Both the position numbers and the translations under genes were made by a program. DNA of 64,000 nucleotides from the human T2T-CHM13v2.0 reference genome, Homo sapiens. The DNA is taken from assembly GCF_009914755.1 (NCBI RefSeq), contig NC_060934.1; one strand, written 5' to 3'. This document shows positions 43,340 through 58,690 of this stretch, piece by piece (the stretch's first letter is position 1; every line of letters starts with the position of its first letter). The notes beneath the pieces are model-generated. The model made no database searches, was not told where the DNA came from, and saw only the letters and a program-made list of their open reading frames with translations.

Positions 43340-46300
43340 TGTAATTTTTTTTAAATGGATGATTTGACTAAATGAACTCAATCCTCTATCAGGATGTTTT
43401 TTCCCGGGTCCTTACCTGGTCACTTGCAGTAATTTTACTTCCACCTCTGGGCACCACGAAGAATAAGCCTAGGCACTTCCCTTGTTTTTAAAAGGTTTTT
43501 AAAATTGGAAGATGTCATATATTTATGTTGTCTGAAATAACAAGGGCTAAAATTCCGTCTGGATAAAAAAGACATTATTTTGAGGCTTGTTAATTTTTCC
43601 CCCGTCACTGAATAATGAGTCGTCATACCGAGGAAATTATTCTGACTGTGTTTGCACATGGCTACCAGAGTCAGTGAAAGGAATTCATGTGCCTAAGCCA
43701 GAGCAGAGGGAACTGGCCTACTCACAATTACTGCAATTACTGTTAATGTCAGAAAACAAAGATGTGATATGTAACAAGATCTAGCGTTCCACTAGATGTA
43801 ACTGGTCTTTCTTTTTCATCTTGTACACTCACATAGGCTTGCACTTCTCTCTGTGCACAATTTCTAAATCCTCCTTCTCCTGGCTACTTTGAGAGACCCA
43901 TCCACATAGAAATGATTAGGATTCTTACCAGAAAAGTACTTTCTCACAATTTTAATGGATAAAGTAGACTTCCCTTGACTTCAAGCTCCTATTAGAAGTG
44001 TCGCCTGGTTTATCCTCCTCCTGTCCACCCCCTTACTGTTAGCCTCATTCCTACTCATCCTTTGAAACTCAGTGCAGTCCACAGCCACCTCCTCTGGGAA
44101 GTCTTCCAGGATACTCCATCCCAGTTGGAATGAGTTATTCTTCCACTGGCTCTCAAGCAACTTGTGTGTTCTTCCATCTCTTTGTAATGAACCAGTGACT
44201 AGACACACCCTTCCACTGCCTCCTGCTCCAGCCTGAGTTCCTTACAATCATAAAGTGTGTTTCTATCTTTGTACACTGGGTGCCTAGAACACAGCCTGCT
44301 ATGTGCTAGGCACTCAATACATGTGTTATGAATTTTCATTGGCAGGCTTAGTGGTAGGATAAAAAATTATACCTCAACTATACAGTACAGAAATGCATGA
44401 CTGTCAGAAACATGGACTTCAGAGTAATATGTCTGGACAGTTGTTTCTGACAGGCAACATAGAAGGAAAGCAACCTGTATGATTAGGAACCATCATACTA
44501 GATCATATCCAGAGGGCCGCCAAAGCTGAACCACCTCACCAGCTTTCAAACAAATTCATTCATTCATCCAACAAACATTAAGTTGTGTGTTACAAGCCAG
44601 GTGCTGAGCTAGTTTGCGGGAATCCAGAAATTAAAGAGAGTGCCAGAGTTGCCAGGATTGTATAGTTATATTGAAGTGAGATAAGAACAGGTGCCTGTGG
44701 AATGTGAGAGCACAGTCATGGTGGTTACATGTTTTAGCGTCAAACCATCTAGGTTCGTGATTCACAACACTGATTATATCCACGTGACCTGGACTAGGTA
44801 CATACCCTCACTAGGCCTTGGGATTCTTATCTGTAAATGGAAATAGAGTAACTCCTACTTCATGATACCGTTCTGATTATTAAATTATGTAATTCTTGCA
44901 AGGTGCTTATAACAATCCCTGGGACATGGTAAACAATAAATGTCAATCCTTCTACTACTGATATATGCTAGTAGTAGCAAATATGGAAGGACATACCGCT
45001 GAATGAGTAGAGAGAGGACAAGGGATGGTGAGAGGTAGTATTTTTTTATTTACTTGATACATTAAAAAAAAACTTGTTAGCTTTATTAGAAAACAAAAGT
45101 TAAACAAAAGTCACCTGTATTTTCAAATTAACATTTTGGTATATTGTTTCACAATTTTTCATTTGCGTATATAGAGATCATACTATGCATACTATTTGGT
45201 ATCACATTTTCCCACTATGACTTAATAAACATGTATTTACATCATAACAACTCCATGTATTCACTGCATAATTGCACATTATTGTGCTGGATCAGTTGCC
45301 TATCACAATTATTTTTCTTTGTTCTACTAAAAGCAACACTGTCATGAACGTCTTTCTGTCTCTCTGCCAGTTATCTGATAATCAACTGATAATTTTGTTT
45401 ATGTTTCTAAGAGGTGACGAACACACAGCAATGGTTAAACAGTTTTATTTCAACAGATAAAATATTTGCATATTTCAAATATTAAAACAATATCAAAAAT
45501 CATAATTAAGATATCTTGTTTTCACTCACCTTGCTTTCTATTTCCTCCCATTATAGGAGACTGTTTTAATTAGGTTCTTATGTAACTTTTTAGTGTTGTT
45601 ATGTAAATAACAGCAAATACTCCACATATATTCTTATTTTCCCATTTCTTACACAAAAGCTAGCATACAATAATCACTGTTCTGCATCTTATTTTATTTC
45701 CATGTAACAATATATTGAAGATGATACCATTTTGGTACAGAAAAAGTTCTCTCTCTTTCCCCCTCCTTCCACCCTTGAACCTTAATTTTTAATAGTAGCA
45801 CAGGATTGTTTGGAGAAACTACAGTTTATTTAACAAGTACTTCATCGATGTAAGCTCCCTGCTGTAATTCCTAGAGTAGGTTTGGATAGATTTGATGCTG
45901 CCCTCTCTACCCAACTATCCGCTTGTCACCTATTAATGGCAAGGACAGGAAGAGCAGGTCAATAGCAAACTGCCTGGATTATTCCAAACCCAGGTAGACA
46001 GTGAGTATCTTTCCCAAGTCTAGGTTCTTGATTTCTAGGGTTCCTTCCAACAGCAACATGAGTATGAGAGACACTTAGAATCACAGGCTTTATTAGTTTT
46101 CACTGACTCTGACCAAAAATAGTGGGACAAACACAGGTGCATAGTACCATAAAGCTCTCCCAAGTGCAGGATCAAGTTAATCCTGTATATACATACAACA
46201 TTTCCTTTCCCTTCATGATTTTGTTCATTGTTTGCAGCAAAGACCCCCTCCCAACATCATCCCCTTACTTTCTTCCAAGGATATGGTGACTAGTCCAAAA

Positions 46301-47187
46301 TCCCTAATTATTATTTATTTCATTTGCATGTAGGTTTTCTCATTATGGAATAATTACCATAAAATGATGACCCCATTGCCAGGCCAACAAGAACTGGATA
46401 CTAGACAATGAAACTTTAACTAACAGTTCTATTTCCTCTCGTTGTTTTGCTTCTCACTCTACAAGGCTACTCTGTCTCATATTCTGGCTGACCTTCTGTT
46501 TCTCTTGATGTTACTGAATTTATTGCCTCCATTTTTACCACCTAACTTGAAACTTTCTCCTCCACCAAGCCAGATTTTTGCTGAACCTTCTTACTCGACA
46601 AAGAGTAGGTAAAGTGGGTAGACATTCCAGATAGAGAGAGTGCAATATGACATGTTTGAAGAATCACAAGTTATTAACAGTAGCACAGGATTATGTTTTG
46701 AGAAACTACAGTTTATTTAACAAGTACTTTACTGATGTCAGCTCAGTAAAGAAGATATAGTAAAGAAGTAAAGAAGAAAGAAGAAGGTAGAATGGACATG
46801 CTGAATTAGATGTGATTCATGAGGAAAAATGGTCATCAAGATCAACATTGAGATTTCTGCCACGGGCAAAAGTGGTAACAGTTACTAAGATGGACAGACT
46901 GTATTTGGTGGGGGAAGATATTGGAGGTTAAGGTGCCAGTGGGAACTCCAGGTGGAGCAGTCTAGTATGTAGTAAGCCTAGAACTCAGAAGAGAGGTGAG
47001 GATTGCAAATATGGTTTAGACAGCATCATTGTGTAAGTGATAGCTGTAATCTTGGGGTTTGATGAGACCATGCAAGGAAAGAGAATAGAGTGAGAAGAGT
47101 GCCCGGGACAGAACCCTGGGACCCATGGTGGAGAGAAAAGAAATTAGTCAGTGAAGGAAATGGGGGAGCAGAAGTCAATGGTAAAAC

Positions 47188-47499
<312 letters not shown>

Positions 47500-47630
47500 T
47501 TAATGATAAGAGAAAAACGATAAGAGAGGCTGGTAGTGGAAAGAATGCATCTATCAAAAAGAGTTTCAAGAGAAAAAGTTTTGGCAATAATATTGAATGT
47601 CTCATAGAGGTGGCATAAAATCATATATAC

Positions 47631-47637
<7 letters not shown>

Positions 47638-47672
<35 letters not shown>
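47638..47672. repeat. (TA)n microsatellite
   Basis: Directly visible. Confidence 0.97.
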
Positions 47673-47677
<5 letters not shown>

Positions 47678-47934
47678 GAAAATAAGTACTTCTTGTCTGA
47701 CTTTTCTGTGTGTATGCATAATGAACCAAATAATTTTTATTTCTGTAGAACATGATGAACTTAATTTCAAATTTCCTTTATAGCCTTACCTTCTATCTTC
47801 AATCTTTGTTAAATTGTCAATACATGTTTGTAATTGATTTGTAAGTAGCATTCTTGTGCCACCCCCAGTCCAGTTTATAACTATTTCAGATTATTCCACT
47901 GCAAAAAAATTTTTTTCAGCTTTTTATAATCTTG

Positions 47935-48200
47935 AGTTTTATTTATTTTCATTTGTTCAAATTTATGGGGCACATGTGAGCTTTTGCCACAAATATATAA
48001 TGCATAGTGATTAAGTCAGGACATTTAGGGTATCCATCATCCAAGCACAATACATTTTTGTTTAATTATAGCCACCCTACTCTACTATCAATTCATTCAT
48101 CTGTCAACTGTTTGTATCCTTGAACCCACTTCCCTTCATCTTCCCTCCTCTCCCCGACTCACCCTTCCCAGTCTCTATCTTTCTCCCTCCATGTGATGAA
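47935..48200 (-). mobile_element. L1MA/L1PB 3' end
   Basis: ATTTATGGGGCACATGTG..TTAGGGTATCCATCA..CACCCTTCCCAGTCTCT. Confidence 0.7.
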
Positions 48201-49222
48201 ATGCACTATAAAATTATTTATTGGATCCTTACCAAGTGCCAGACCCTATCCTGGTCCCTGTGGATGCAAAGATAAACAGTCTCTGTCTCCAGGCTCACAT
48301 AGTTTGCATTCTTATCTTCTTAAATTAAACAACTAGAAGTCGTGAGGAGACTGGGGAGAAATGCTGGATCAGATTGTAGCACAGAAGAGCTTTGCAGGTG
48401 AAGAGCAGAGACAGCAGATGCGGACAGACTAGTCTTAAGCAGTTGCTTCCCCACCCCTCCCCCTTGATACTCCTGGGCTCAGTTACACACTCCTGCTTTC
48501 AGTAGAAGCGGTATTTCCACTGAAGGCAGCTTCATCCAGCCAGTCATGGAGGGAGGAGTGCTTTTCTGTGCCTGGTACTGTCTCCCCCAGGATTCCTCAC
48601 ACTTCCTCAACACCTAGTCAGGGATGGACTTTAGCTTTTCCCAGCATATGAAGCAGGCACTACTTCTAGAACATAGGATCTCATAGGCTAAAACAAGCAG
48701 ATACCTATTTATAAAGAAAAATAGCAAGTGATTACAGACTTCCTCATAAGCAATGTTAGAAGAGACAATGAATTCAAAACAAACCTAAAACATGTATTAA
48801 ACAAGTAAGAGAAAAAAATACATATAGTAAAAAAAAAAAAAGACAAAATTAGTGGAAGTTCCGATTGAGGAATTCTCAACAAAGGAAGAAGGAGAAAAAA
48901 AAGCTAAAGAAAATACAAAGATAAAGCTAGGTGATAAGAAAGAGTGTAATTGTCAACATCTGGGTAAAAGGAGTCACCAAAGTAGAGAAGAATAGAAATA
49001 GGGAGGAATAAATATTTAAAGAAATAAAGAAGACAAACTCCTAAAATTAAAGAAAGATGAAAGACCTAGGATGAAATGGTCTATAAAGCCCAAAACATAA
49101 GAAATAAGGGGAAAACACACTTCTCCTGGATCTACTAAGTGAAAAACTTAAATATCACATGAAAAAGAAATTCTAAAAGCTTATAGAAAGAGCAGATATG
49201 TTTTTTAAAAAAAGGAAAATGA

Positions 49223-49512
49223 GGAGCCAGCGTGGTGGCTCACGCCTGCAATTTGGGAGGCCAAGGCAGGCAGATCACTTGAGGCCAGGAGTTCGAGAAC
49301 AGCCTGGGGAACATGGTGGAACCCCATCTCTACTAAAAATACAAAAAAAAAAATTAGCTGGGCATGGTGGCACTTGCCTGTAATCCCCTCTACTCTGGAG
49401 GCTGATTGACACACGAGAATCGCTTGAACCCGGGAGGCCAAGGTTGCCGTGAGCCGAGATCGTGCCACTGCACTCCAGCCTGGCAACAGAGTGAGACTCT
49501 GTCTTAAAAGGA
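49223..49512 (+). mobile_element. AluS within old L1 ORF1-like sequence
   Basis: TSD AAAAAAAGGAAAATGA on both sides. Confidence 0.9.
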
Positions 49513-49748
49513 AAAAAAAGGAAAATGAATCAGGACTTAGAATTTTTTAAACAGCTAAAATATAAGGATCTGGCAAAAATATTTTCAAGCATAAAAGACC
49601 TCAAAAAACTTAGCGCACAAAATTCTACCCTGAGAACAATTATAGATAAAGCACTCAAATAAAAGACAACTCTAGAAAATATGAAAGATACATATGAAGT
49701 AAAGGTCTTCAAATACTGGGTAAAGTTTTTGGTGTTTAAAATTTCTAC

Positions 49749-50590
49749 ATGAGTTTTCTATTACCGTTATGACAAATTAACACAAACCTGGTGACTTAAA
49801 ACAATATCAGTGTATTACCTTTCAGTTCTGTAGGATCAAGTCCAATGCAAGTCTTACTGGGCTGAAATCAAGGTAGGAGAATGGTATCATTCCTTTCTGC
49901 AGACTCTAGGGCAGCAGTCCCCAACCTGTTTGGCACCAGAGACTGGTTTCATGCAAGATAATTTTTCCATGGATGGAGGTGGGTGGGGGGTTGGTTTTGA
50001 GATGAAGTGGTTCCACCTAAGATTCTCAAGCATTCCACCTCGGAGTCTCATAAGGAGCATGCAGCCTAGATTCCTCGCATTCACAGTTCACAATAGGGTT
50101 CGCGCTCCTATGAGAATCTAATGCCAGCGCTGATCTGACAGGAGGTGGAGCTCAAGTGGTAATTCTCTTCCCACCTCTTACCTCCTGCTGTGCAGCCTGG
50201 TTCCTAACAGGCCATGGTGTGGCCCGGAGGGCTGGGGACCCCTGCTCTAGGGCTGAATCCATTCTTTGCCTTTTCCAGTTTCTAGAGGCTGTCCCATTCC
50301 TTGGCTCATGGCCCTGTTCTCCATTTTCAAAGTAGCAACCTTGATTCTTTCCAATCGTTCTTCAAAATGGTCACCTCTGACTTTGACTCTCTGACCCCTT
50401 CTCCTACTTTTAAGGATGCTTGTGATTAGATTGGGCCCACCTGGATAATTCAGGCTACTCTCCCTGTCCTCACGGTCCTTAACCTTGATCACATTTGCAG
50501 ATACCTTTCTGCCATGTAAAGTAACATATTCGTGGGTCCCAGAGATTAGAATACAGTTATCTTTGAAAGGCTGTTATTCTGCCTACTATA
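49749..50590 (-). mobile_element. MLT1D-like LTR split by MER1B
   Basis: GACTTAAAACAA..CAGTTCTGTAGG..GATTGGGCCCACCTGGATAAT..TATTCTGCCTAC. Confidence 0.8.
49912..50244 (+). mobile_element. MER1B hAT-Charlie MITE
   Basis: CAGCAGTCCCCAACC ... GGCTGGGGACCCCTG; perfect 8-bp TSD CTCTAGGG (49904-49911, 50245-50252). Confidence 0.9.
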
Positions 50591-51084
50591 AATCTGTACA
50601 GTACAGGAGGGGAGAGAGAGAAATATCCACAAATACCCCAAATTTAATATTTTATATATTAAGGGATGTAAGGACCTGTCAAAATGGAAAGATATATAAA
50701 GAGAGGACGAAAACAGGAACACTGAAAAAGTGTTACATATTTAAATAATAAACTATGATTATAGAAATAGTTACATATATTAATAATTACAATAAATTTA
50801 AGTGGACAAAACTTACTAATTAAAAGAGATTGTCACATTGTATAAAAGCAGAACTGAGATCTAGAAACCTTACTTCATCAAATCTAACATGCCATAGAAT
50901 GTAAGATTTATATTATGTAAATCTAAGGAGAAAAGAAGAAATGCTATCGATTAATTATGACAAAAGCTTTCTGATCAGTTAAACTTTATTTTATGCTAGC
51001 TTAAGGGGCTCTTTTACTTATATTTAGACATATATGTTAATCATATATAACTAATGTACACATAGAAAGTAAAATAGAAGCTGG

Positions 51085-51225
51085 GGCCGGATGCAGTGGC
51101 TCACGCCTGTGTAGTCCAGCAGTTTGAGAGGCTGAGGCAGGAGGATTGCTTGAACTCAGGAGTTTGAGACCAGCCTGGGCAACATAGGGAGACCTTGTCT
51201 CTATTTTATTTTTTTTTAAAAAAGA
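51085..51225 (+). mobile_element. FLAM / Alu left monomer
   Basis: Single left arm; AAGTAAAATAGAAG flanks. Confidence 0.85.
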
Positions 51226-51904
51226 AAGTAAGTAAAATAGAAGAAAAAAAATTAATTAAAGTGTTTCTAAAATTTCATCACATCCACTCAGCTCTCATGA
51301 ATCACCTTTTTATTTCTCATTATTATTGTTCATGTTATCAAGAGCACTGGTAATTCAGCACTTTCTAAAATAATCCATAAAATAACTAAAAACCATTGGT
51401 TCTGTGGTCTTAAGACAACCTTGCGATTATGTGGAGCTAATTTATTTTGTTTATTCTTGCTTTATGAATGTTGCCAAACATATTGGATTCACACCTTTCT
51501 CCACTCCTTTCCCACAAACCATTTGAAACTTAGGGGCTAAAAGAGCCCTCAGTATGCTCTTCTGAAATTTGATTCTAAGCTACTGACACCCATTCTTCAA
51601 GTTTTGATATGCTTGGGCATGTACAGGCAATGACAACCATAATGCTTGTGCATGTACAGGCAATGACAACTATGTCACAAATGCCACCTGGCTGACAGAG
51701 ATTGTAACATTCCATTAATTATAACATGCATCTTGATTTCAAAGTTGTCCCAATGCCAGATTTGATATTTATCTTAGACTCCATAAAATAATGCATGTGT
51801 CTTTTACAAGGATACAGAGCTTGAGAATACAGTTTCAAATACAAGAAGGAAAAAAAAGTAACAGACTAACATTAACTAAATGTAAGTTGATAAAGCAATG
51901 TAGA

Positions 51905-52517
<613 letters not shown>

Positions 52518-53424
52518 TATAGGTTTTAAGAACAAAAGCATTATTAAGAAAAAAGATGGTTGCTACATAATGATTAAAAGTTCAATTCACCAAGAAGTTA
52601 TAGAAATACTAAATACATAGCAGCACAATAAAATATTCTAAAAAATATGAAGCAAAATTTGATAGAACTGCTGGTAGAAATTAATAAATTCAACTATCAT
52701 AATGAGAGATTTCAACACATTTGTCTTATCTATTGATAGATGAGGCTGTCAGAAATTCAACAGTGCTTTCAACCAAACAAGGATTGAAAATTAAAAGAAA
52801 AATTCAACTATGATAAAGAGATATGAGTAATACAAATAATGAGCCTGAACTTAGTGGACATATATAAGATTCTGCTTTAAGTTTAAACAATTTTAAAATG
52901 ATAAATGAAGAATATTTACAAGTTTTAAAAACACACTTCTAAATAACCCTGGGTTAAAGGGAAAAAATTATACTGGAAATTTAAAAATAAAATGTAGGAT
53001 ACTATAGGTGCTTCTGCTTGGAAGCCTGGAGTGACAGGTACTAAATTTATCCCCCCCACCACCTTAAAGAATTATAAAAAATAATAAGATAGACAAAATA
53101 TATGAGACAATACTTTTCAAAACACTCAACATCAGGCAATTTAAGACAGTGATCCAAGAGAGATAAGAATCAAATGGGTTAAACCCAGTGATTGCCCCAG
53201 TTCACTGTCTTGAGACAGCCTGGTGCAGGAAGGGGACCCAGGCAGAGCCAGTAAAATCTCTGAGTTGAAGAGACAAAGCTGAGAATCCAGAGAGACAAAC
53301 CCAAAACTCTAGCATTCACAGGACAGAGTCCTGAGGAGGAAAGCACAGAACCCCCTGCAAATGTGAAGCTGGTCTCCCTTGAGAATTCAGGTGAATGAAC
53401 TACAGAGGGCAGGAAAAGAACCAT

Positions 53425-53916
53425 TGTAATGGTTAATTTCATGTGTCAACTTGACTGAGCCATGGGGTGCCCAGACATTTGGTTAAACATTCTTCTAGGT
53501 GTGTCTGCGAGAGTGTTTTTGGATGAGATTAACATTTGAATTGATTGTCTGGGTAAAGGCAATGGCCCTCCCTAATGTAGGGAGAGGTTGGGCCTCATCC
53601 ACTCAGTTTAAGTCCTGGCTAGAACAAAAGGTTGAGTAAAAGGGAATTTCTCCTGCCTGAACTGGAATGTCAGTCTTCTGATTTTGCTCAAACTGAAACA
53701 TCAGCTCTTCTTGGTTCTAGAACCCCCTTCTGGCTTTCAGACTGGAAATTATGCTGTTGGCTCTTTTGGGTCTCCAGCTTTGCCGGCTGCAGATCCTGAG
53801 CCATTTCAGCCTCCGTAATCATATGAGCCAATTAACACACACACACACACACACACACAGACACACACATACACATCCTATTGGTTCTGTTTCTCTGGAG
53901 GATCCTAACTAATACA
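53425..53916 (+). mobile_element. MLT2-family ERVL solo LTR with (CA)n
   Basis: TGTAATGGTTAATTTCATGTGTCAACTTGACTG ... CCTATTGGTTCTGTTTCTCTGGAG..CTAATACA. Confidence 0.9.
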
Positions 53917-54651
53917 GCCACCCCAAAAGATTAAAGGGAGTAGTACCTGCTGCTCACCCAAGGCCAGGAACAGTGTCTGCTTCTACCTGCCAGAGTAGAA
54001 AAACTCATAATTTCTGGGACAACCAAAAGAGTAACCAGGAGGGTCTTGCCTCAGACATGGGGAATAATTAGCTCTAGACTAAACACAGCTCTGGTTCTAT
54101 CTATTTTTTCTCTTACAAATCATAAAAGCAGGACTGGAAAGGATCAGAATGTTTCCAAGGAAGTTAATCTGCACCTCAGAACAAAGTTCAGAAATATTTA
54201 TAGCAATACAAAAGGATCCGGCCCCCAACAAGGTAAAAGTAATGCCTGATGCGGTAAAAATTACTGCATGCAAAGAAACAGAAATTACAGGCATGGAAAG
54301 AAGCAGAAAAATACAACCAATAATGAAGAGAAAAATCAACTAAGAAGGAAAATGAAATGATACAGATGTCAGAATTAGCAGACAATGATATTTAAACATT
54401 TATTTTTACTGTCTCTATACATTCAAAAAGTTAAAACCCTGTATATCGAATCTCATAGTATACAGCAAAAATGACATTATGAGGGACATCTTTAGATATT
54501 AATACTTATATTAGGAAAGACAAGATACTAAATGTTAATGCATAGGAGGAGAGAGATAATACAAATAGAAGCAGAAATTAATGAAATATAAAATTATAGA
54601 TACAACGGAGAACGTTAACAAAGGCAAACATGGGTTCTTCCAAAACAAACA

Positions 54652-54899
<248 letters not shown>

Positions 54900-55262
54900 T
54901 CATGAATTAAAACAATGTATAGACCTGCTGGAGATATAAAATGTAGTAAGAGAATACTACTATCACCTATGTACCAACAATTTGAAAAATTGTACCCAAT
55001 GTAAAAATTTCTTGAAAAATATAACTTAATAACCAAATATTAGCACAATATCTGCTTCCAAGCTCATTCACTAGCAGAACTAGTTCATTGCTGGCTCTTG
55101 GAAGGAGACTAGTTTCTCACCCAAAGGCCACTCCAACCATGGCCTAAGTGTTCTCATGGCATACTGGCTAGAGGGAGAAGAATTAAGACCCACCTCATGA
55201 GTGGAAGAGTATTAAAGAATTTATGAACACAACTATAAAATGGAAAAATTTATATTTAAAAA

Positions 55263-55559
55263 TTTTATTTTATTTGAGACAGTGTCTCGCTTTGTCCTCC
55301 AGGCTAGAGTGCAGTGGTGCAATCATGGTTCATTGCAGTCTCAAACTCCTGAGCTCAAGCAATCCTCCCACCTCGGCCTCCAAAGTAGCTGGGACTATAG
55401 GCACATACCACCACACCCAGCTAATTTGTTTGTATTTTTTGTAGAGATAGGGTTTAATGATGTTGCCCAGGCTGGTCTCAAACTCCTGGGCTCAAGTGAT
55501 CTGCCCTCCTTGGCCTCCCAAAATGCTGGGATTACAGGCGTGAGCCACCATGTCCAGCC
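55263..55559 (-). mobile_element. AluJ
   Basis: Reverse dimeric Alu. Confidence 0.9.
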
Positions 55560-56103
55560 TAAAATGAAAAGATTTAATTAAAAATTACAATTAAGTGAAG
55601 TGGGCCACCTGAATCATGTCCCTCTTGACAGAATACAATGTGAAATGCACAACTTCACTATTAAGTATCCTTACCAAAAATGCATAACCTGAACTTAATC
55701 AAACCTACCAGACCAGTATACAACACAGAAAATATTGTATGCAATACAGGGATATTGAAACAAGTTAAATGACCCCAAGAAGAAATGATCAGATAAACTT
55801 ACCACGTGGGAACCGTTTCAGAACAACCAGCTTAAATATATTCTCACAAAACACAAACAAAACAGAAGATGGAAGACTATTAAAATAGAGATATAATAAA
55901 CAGATTCTAAAAGACATTTTTTTGGAAAAGTATGGATATTTGAATGTGGATAATATATTAGAGTATTATGGAATTAGTGTTACTTTCCTAGGTTTTGATA
56001 GTGGTGTTTGGTTATATAGGAAAACATCATTCTCAAGAAATGCAAGTGAGGCATTTGAGGAAGCCATGATGTCTGTAATTTACTTCAAAATGGTTCAGGA
56101 AGT

Positions 56104-56244
56104 GGGAAGAGAGAAAAGAAGAAGAAGAAGAAGAGAGCAAAGAAAGAGAAGGTGAAGAAGGAGGAGAAGGAAGAGGAAGGAAGAAGAATGACAGAAGAGA
56201 AGAAGGAAGAGAGAAGAGAGGAGGAGAGGAGAAGAGAAGAGAAA
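56104..56244. repeat. GA-rich (GAA/GGA) low-complexity tract
   Basis: ~140 nt almost purine-only. Confidence 0.9.
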
Positions 56245-56342
56245 TCAAATTTGGTCAAACGATAATTGGGGAATTTAGGGTAAGGGTATAAGAGTTTTAT
56301 TGCTACTACTCTCAACTATTTTGAGGTTTAAAAAGTTTTAAC

Positions 56343-56651
<309 letters not shown>

Positions 56652-57934
56652 TTAAGGCTATACAGATAAGACAAAACTAAATAAAAAGGTAAGCAAAGGA
56701 ATGATGATTCAAGATGGCAGCAGTTACCTGAGGTTTGGGCAGTAGTCAAATGAGATGATGCAAAGAGGAGCACACACACACGTAAGTTATTGTTCAGGAT
56801 CCAGTTTTAATGTTGGGTTAGGGTTTCATGGGTGTTTATTACTTTATTACTATAAATTAATAATTATATAAATAAGGATGCCCGTAAATGCACCAATAGT
56901 GACAATGTGTCACAAACCAAGGATTACATTAGTCCACTGCTGTGTTCTTATGTAACCCCCTGCCTAGTCCCACAAAAGCACTGAAAATAAACAACCATGT
57001 ATCTTGAGTGGAAAATTCTAGTGATGAGAGAAAATCTGGACCTACAGCTATATAAGAATAAGTTCTAAAGTGTCTCATCCATTTCATCTGAAGCTAATGA
57101 TTGTGATGTTCCAAGAAAAATGGACAACTATTTTAAATACTCTACTATTAACCAATGATTCAACCTTCTCTAATCATGTTCTTATTTAAAGAAAATGATA
57201 CACTTCTACTGTGATTTAGGGAGATATTGGTGAGAATGAAATCATCATTCAGACACAACAGTATAAGAGGACAAAATATATTATTTCTATATATCAAAAT
57301 TAATGTTAATAATATTTCAAGTAATTTATCATCTTAATACAGTGCCATGTATTTATTTTATTGCACATAAGAGGAACATTGCATGCAGGTAGAGAAGCTC
57401 GGCTTTGAAGTCAGGAAAAATCCTAGGTTCAAGTGTCCATTCTGCCCCTTGCTAGCTGTCTGGCACTGCACAAATTATCTAAACTCTTGAGATGTCGGTT
57501 TCCTCATCTGAAGCTGGCTCTGCACCAGCAGAATTGTTGCATCTTTAAACATAGTCCATTTAAAGTACTTAGAATAGTACCTGGCACAATTTTAAATATT
57601 ATAAAAGATGGTTATTATTACCATCTGGAAACATTTAATTTCTTTTTCTGTCTGACTACCTACCTACCCACACAGAGACACACACACACACACGCATCCT
57701 ACTTACTGACAAAGTTACACTATTATCAGAAGCTTAAATAACAAAACAAATGTAATAAGTACATGTTGCTCTAAAAATGAAAGGAACGTAACACTCCTTA
57801 AGACTCTCTTCCCTTTTCATTAGGAAAATTAGGGTACTTTTCACTAGATGATCTCTAAGGCGTCAACAACTTTAACATTTTATTATTCTATAACTCCATG
57901 CTTATTGCCTTTGCGAGTGTTTAGAAGCCATTAG

Positions 57935-58268
<334 letters not shown>

Positions 58269-58564
58269 TTTTGTATTTTTAAAGATGGAAGAGGATGTTC
58301 AACTACAACGTTTTCATGACTGAACAAGTTTCTGAAGCTTCTACTTCCTGCAGTAGGACACACCCATTTGAAATATGGTAACACACTGTACTTCTGGTAT
58401 GGACAAATTCCATTTCAGAATTCTGTTTGCTCTGCTGGCCTCTTTGCACTCCTTTCCTTAAGCTATTGAGGAAGGTACTTAATAAATCTTTTTTAAATAC
58501 TATAGCTTACTCCAGAGATATTTCATTGTAGATATGATAGCAGATGCATTCTAGGAGTCTCAGT

Positions 58565-58690
58565 TTCCTCCCTCCCTCCCCACCTCCTTTCCTTCCCTTC
58601 CTTCCTTCTTTCCTTCCTTCCTTCCTTCTTTCCTTCCTTCCTGCCTTCCTGCCTTCCTCCCTCCCTCCCTTCCTTCCTTCCCTTCCTTTT
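58565..58690. repeat. (TTCC)n/(CCCT)n pyrimidine tract
   Basis: Directly visible. Confidence 0.93.
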
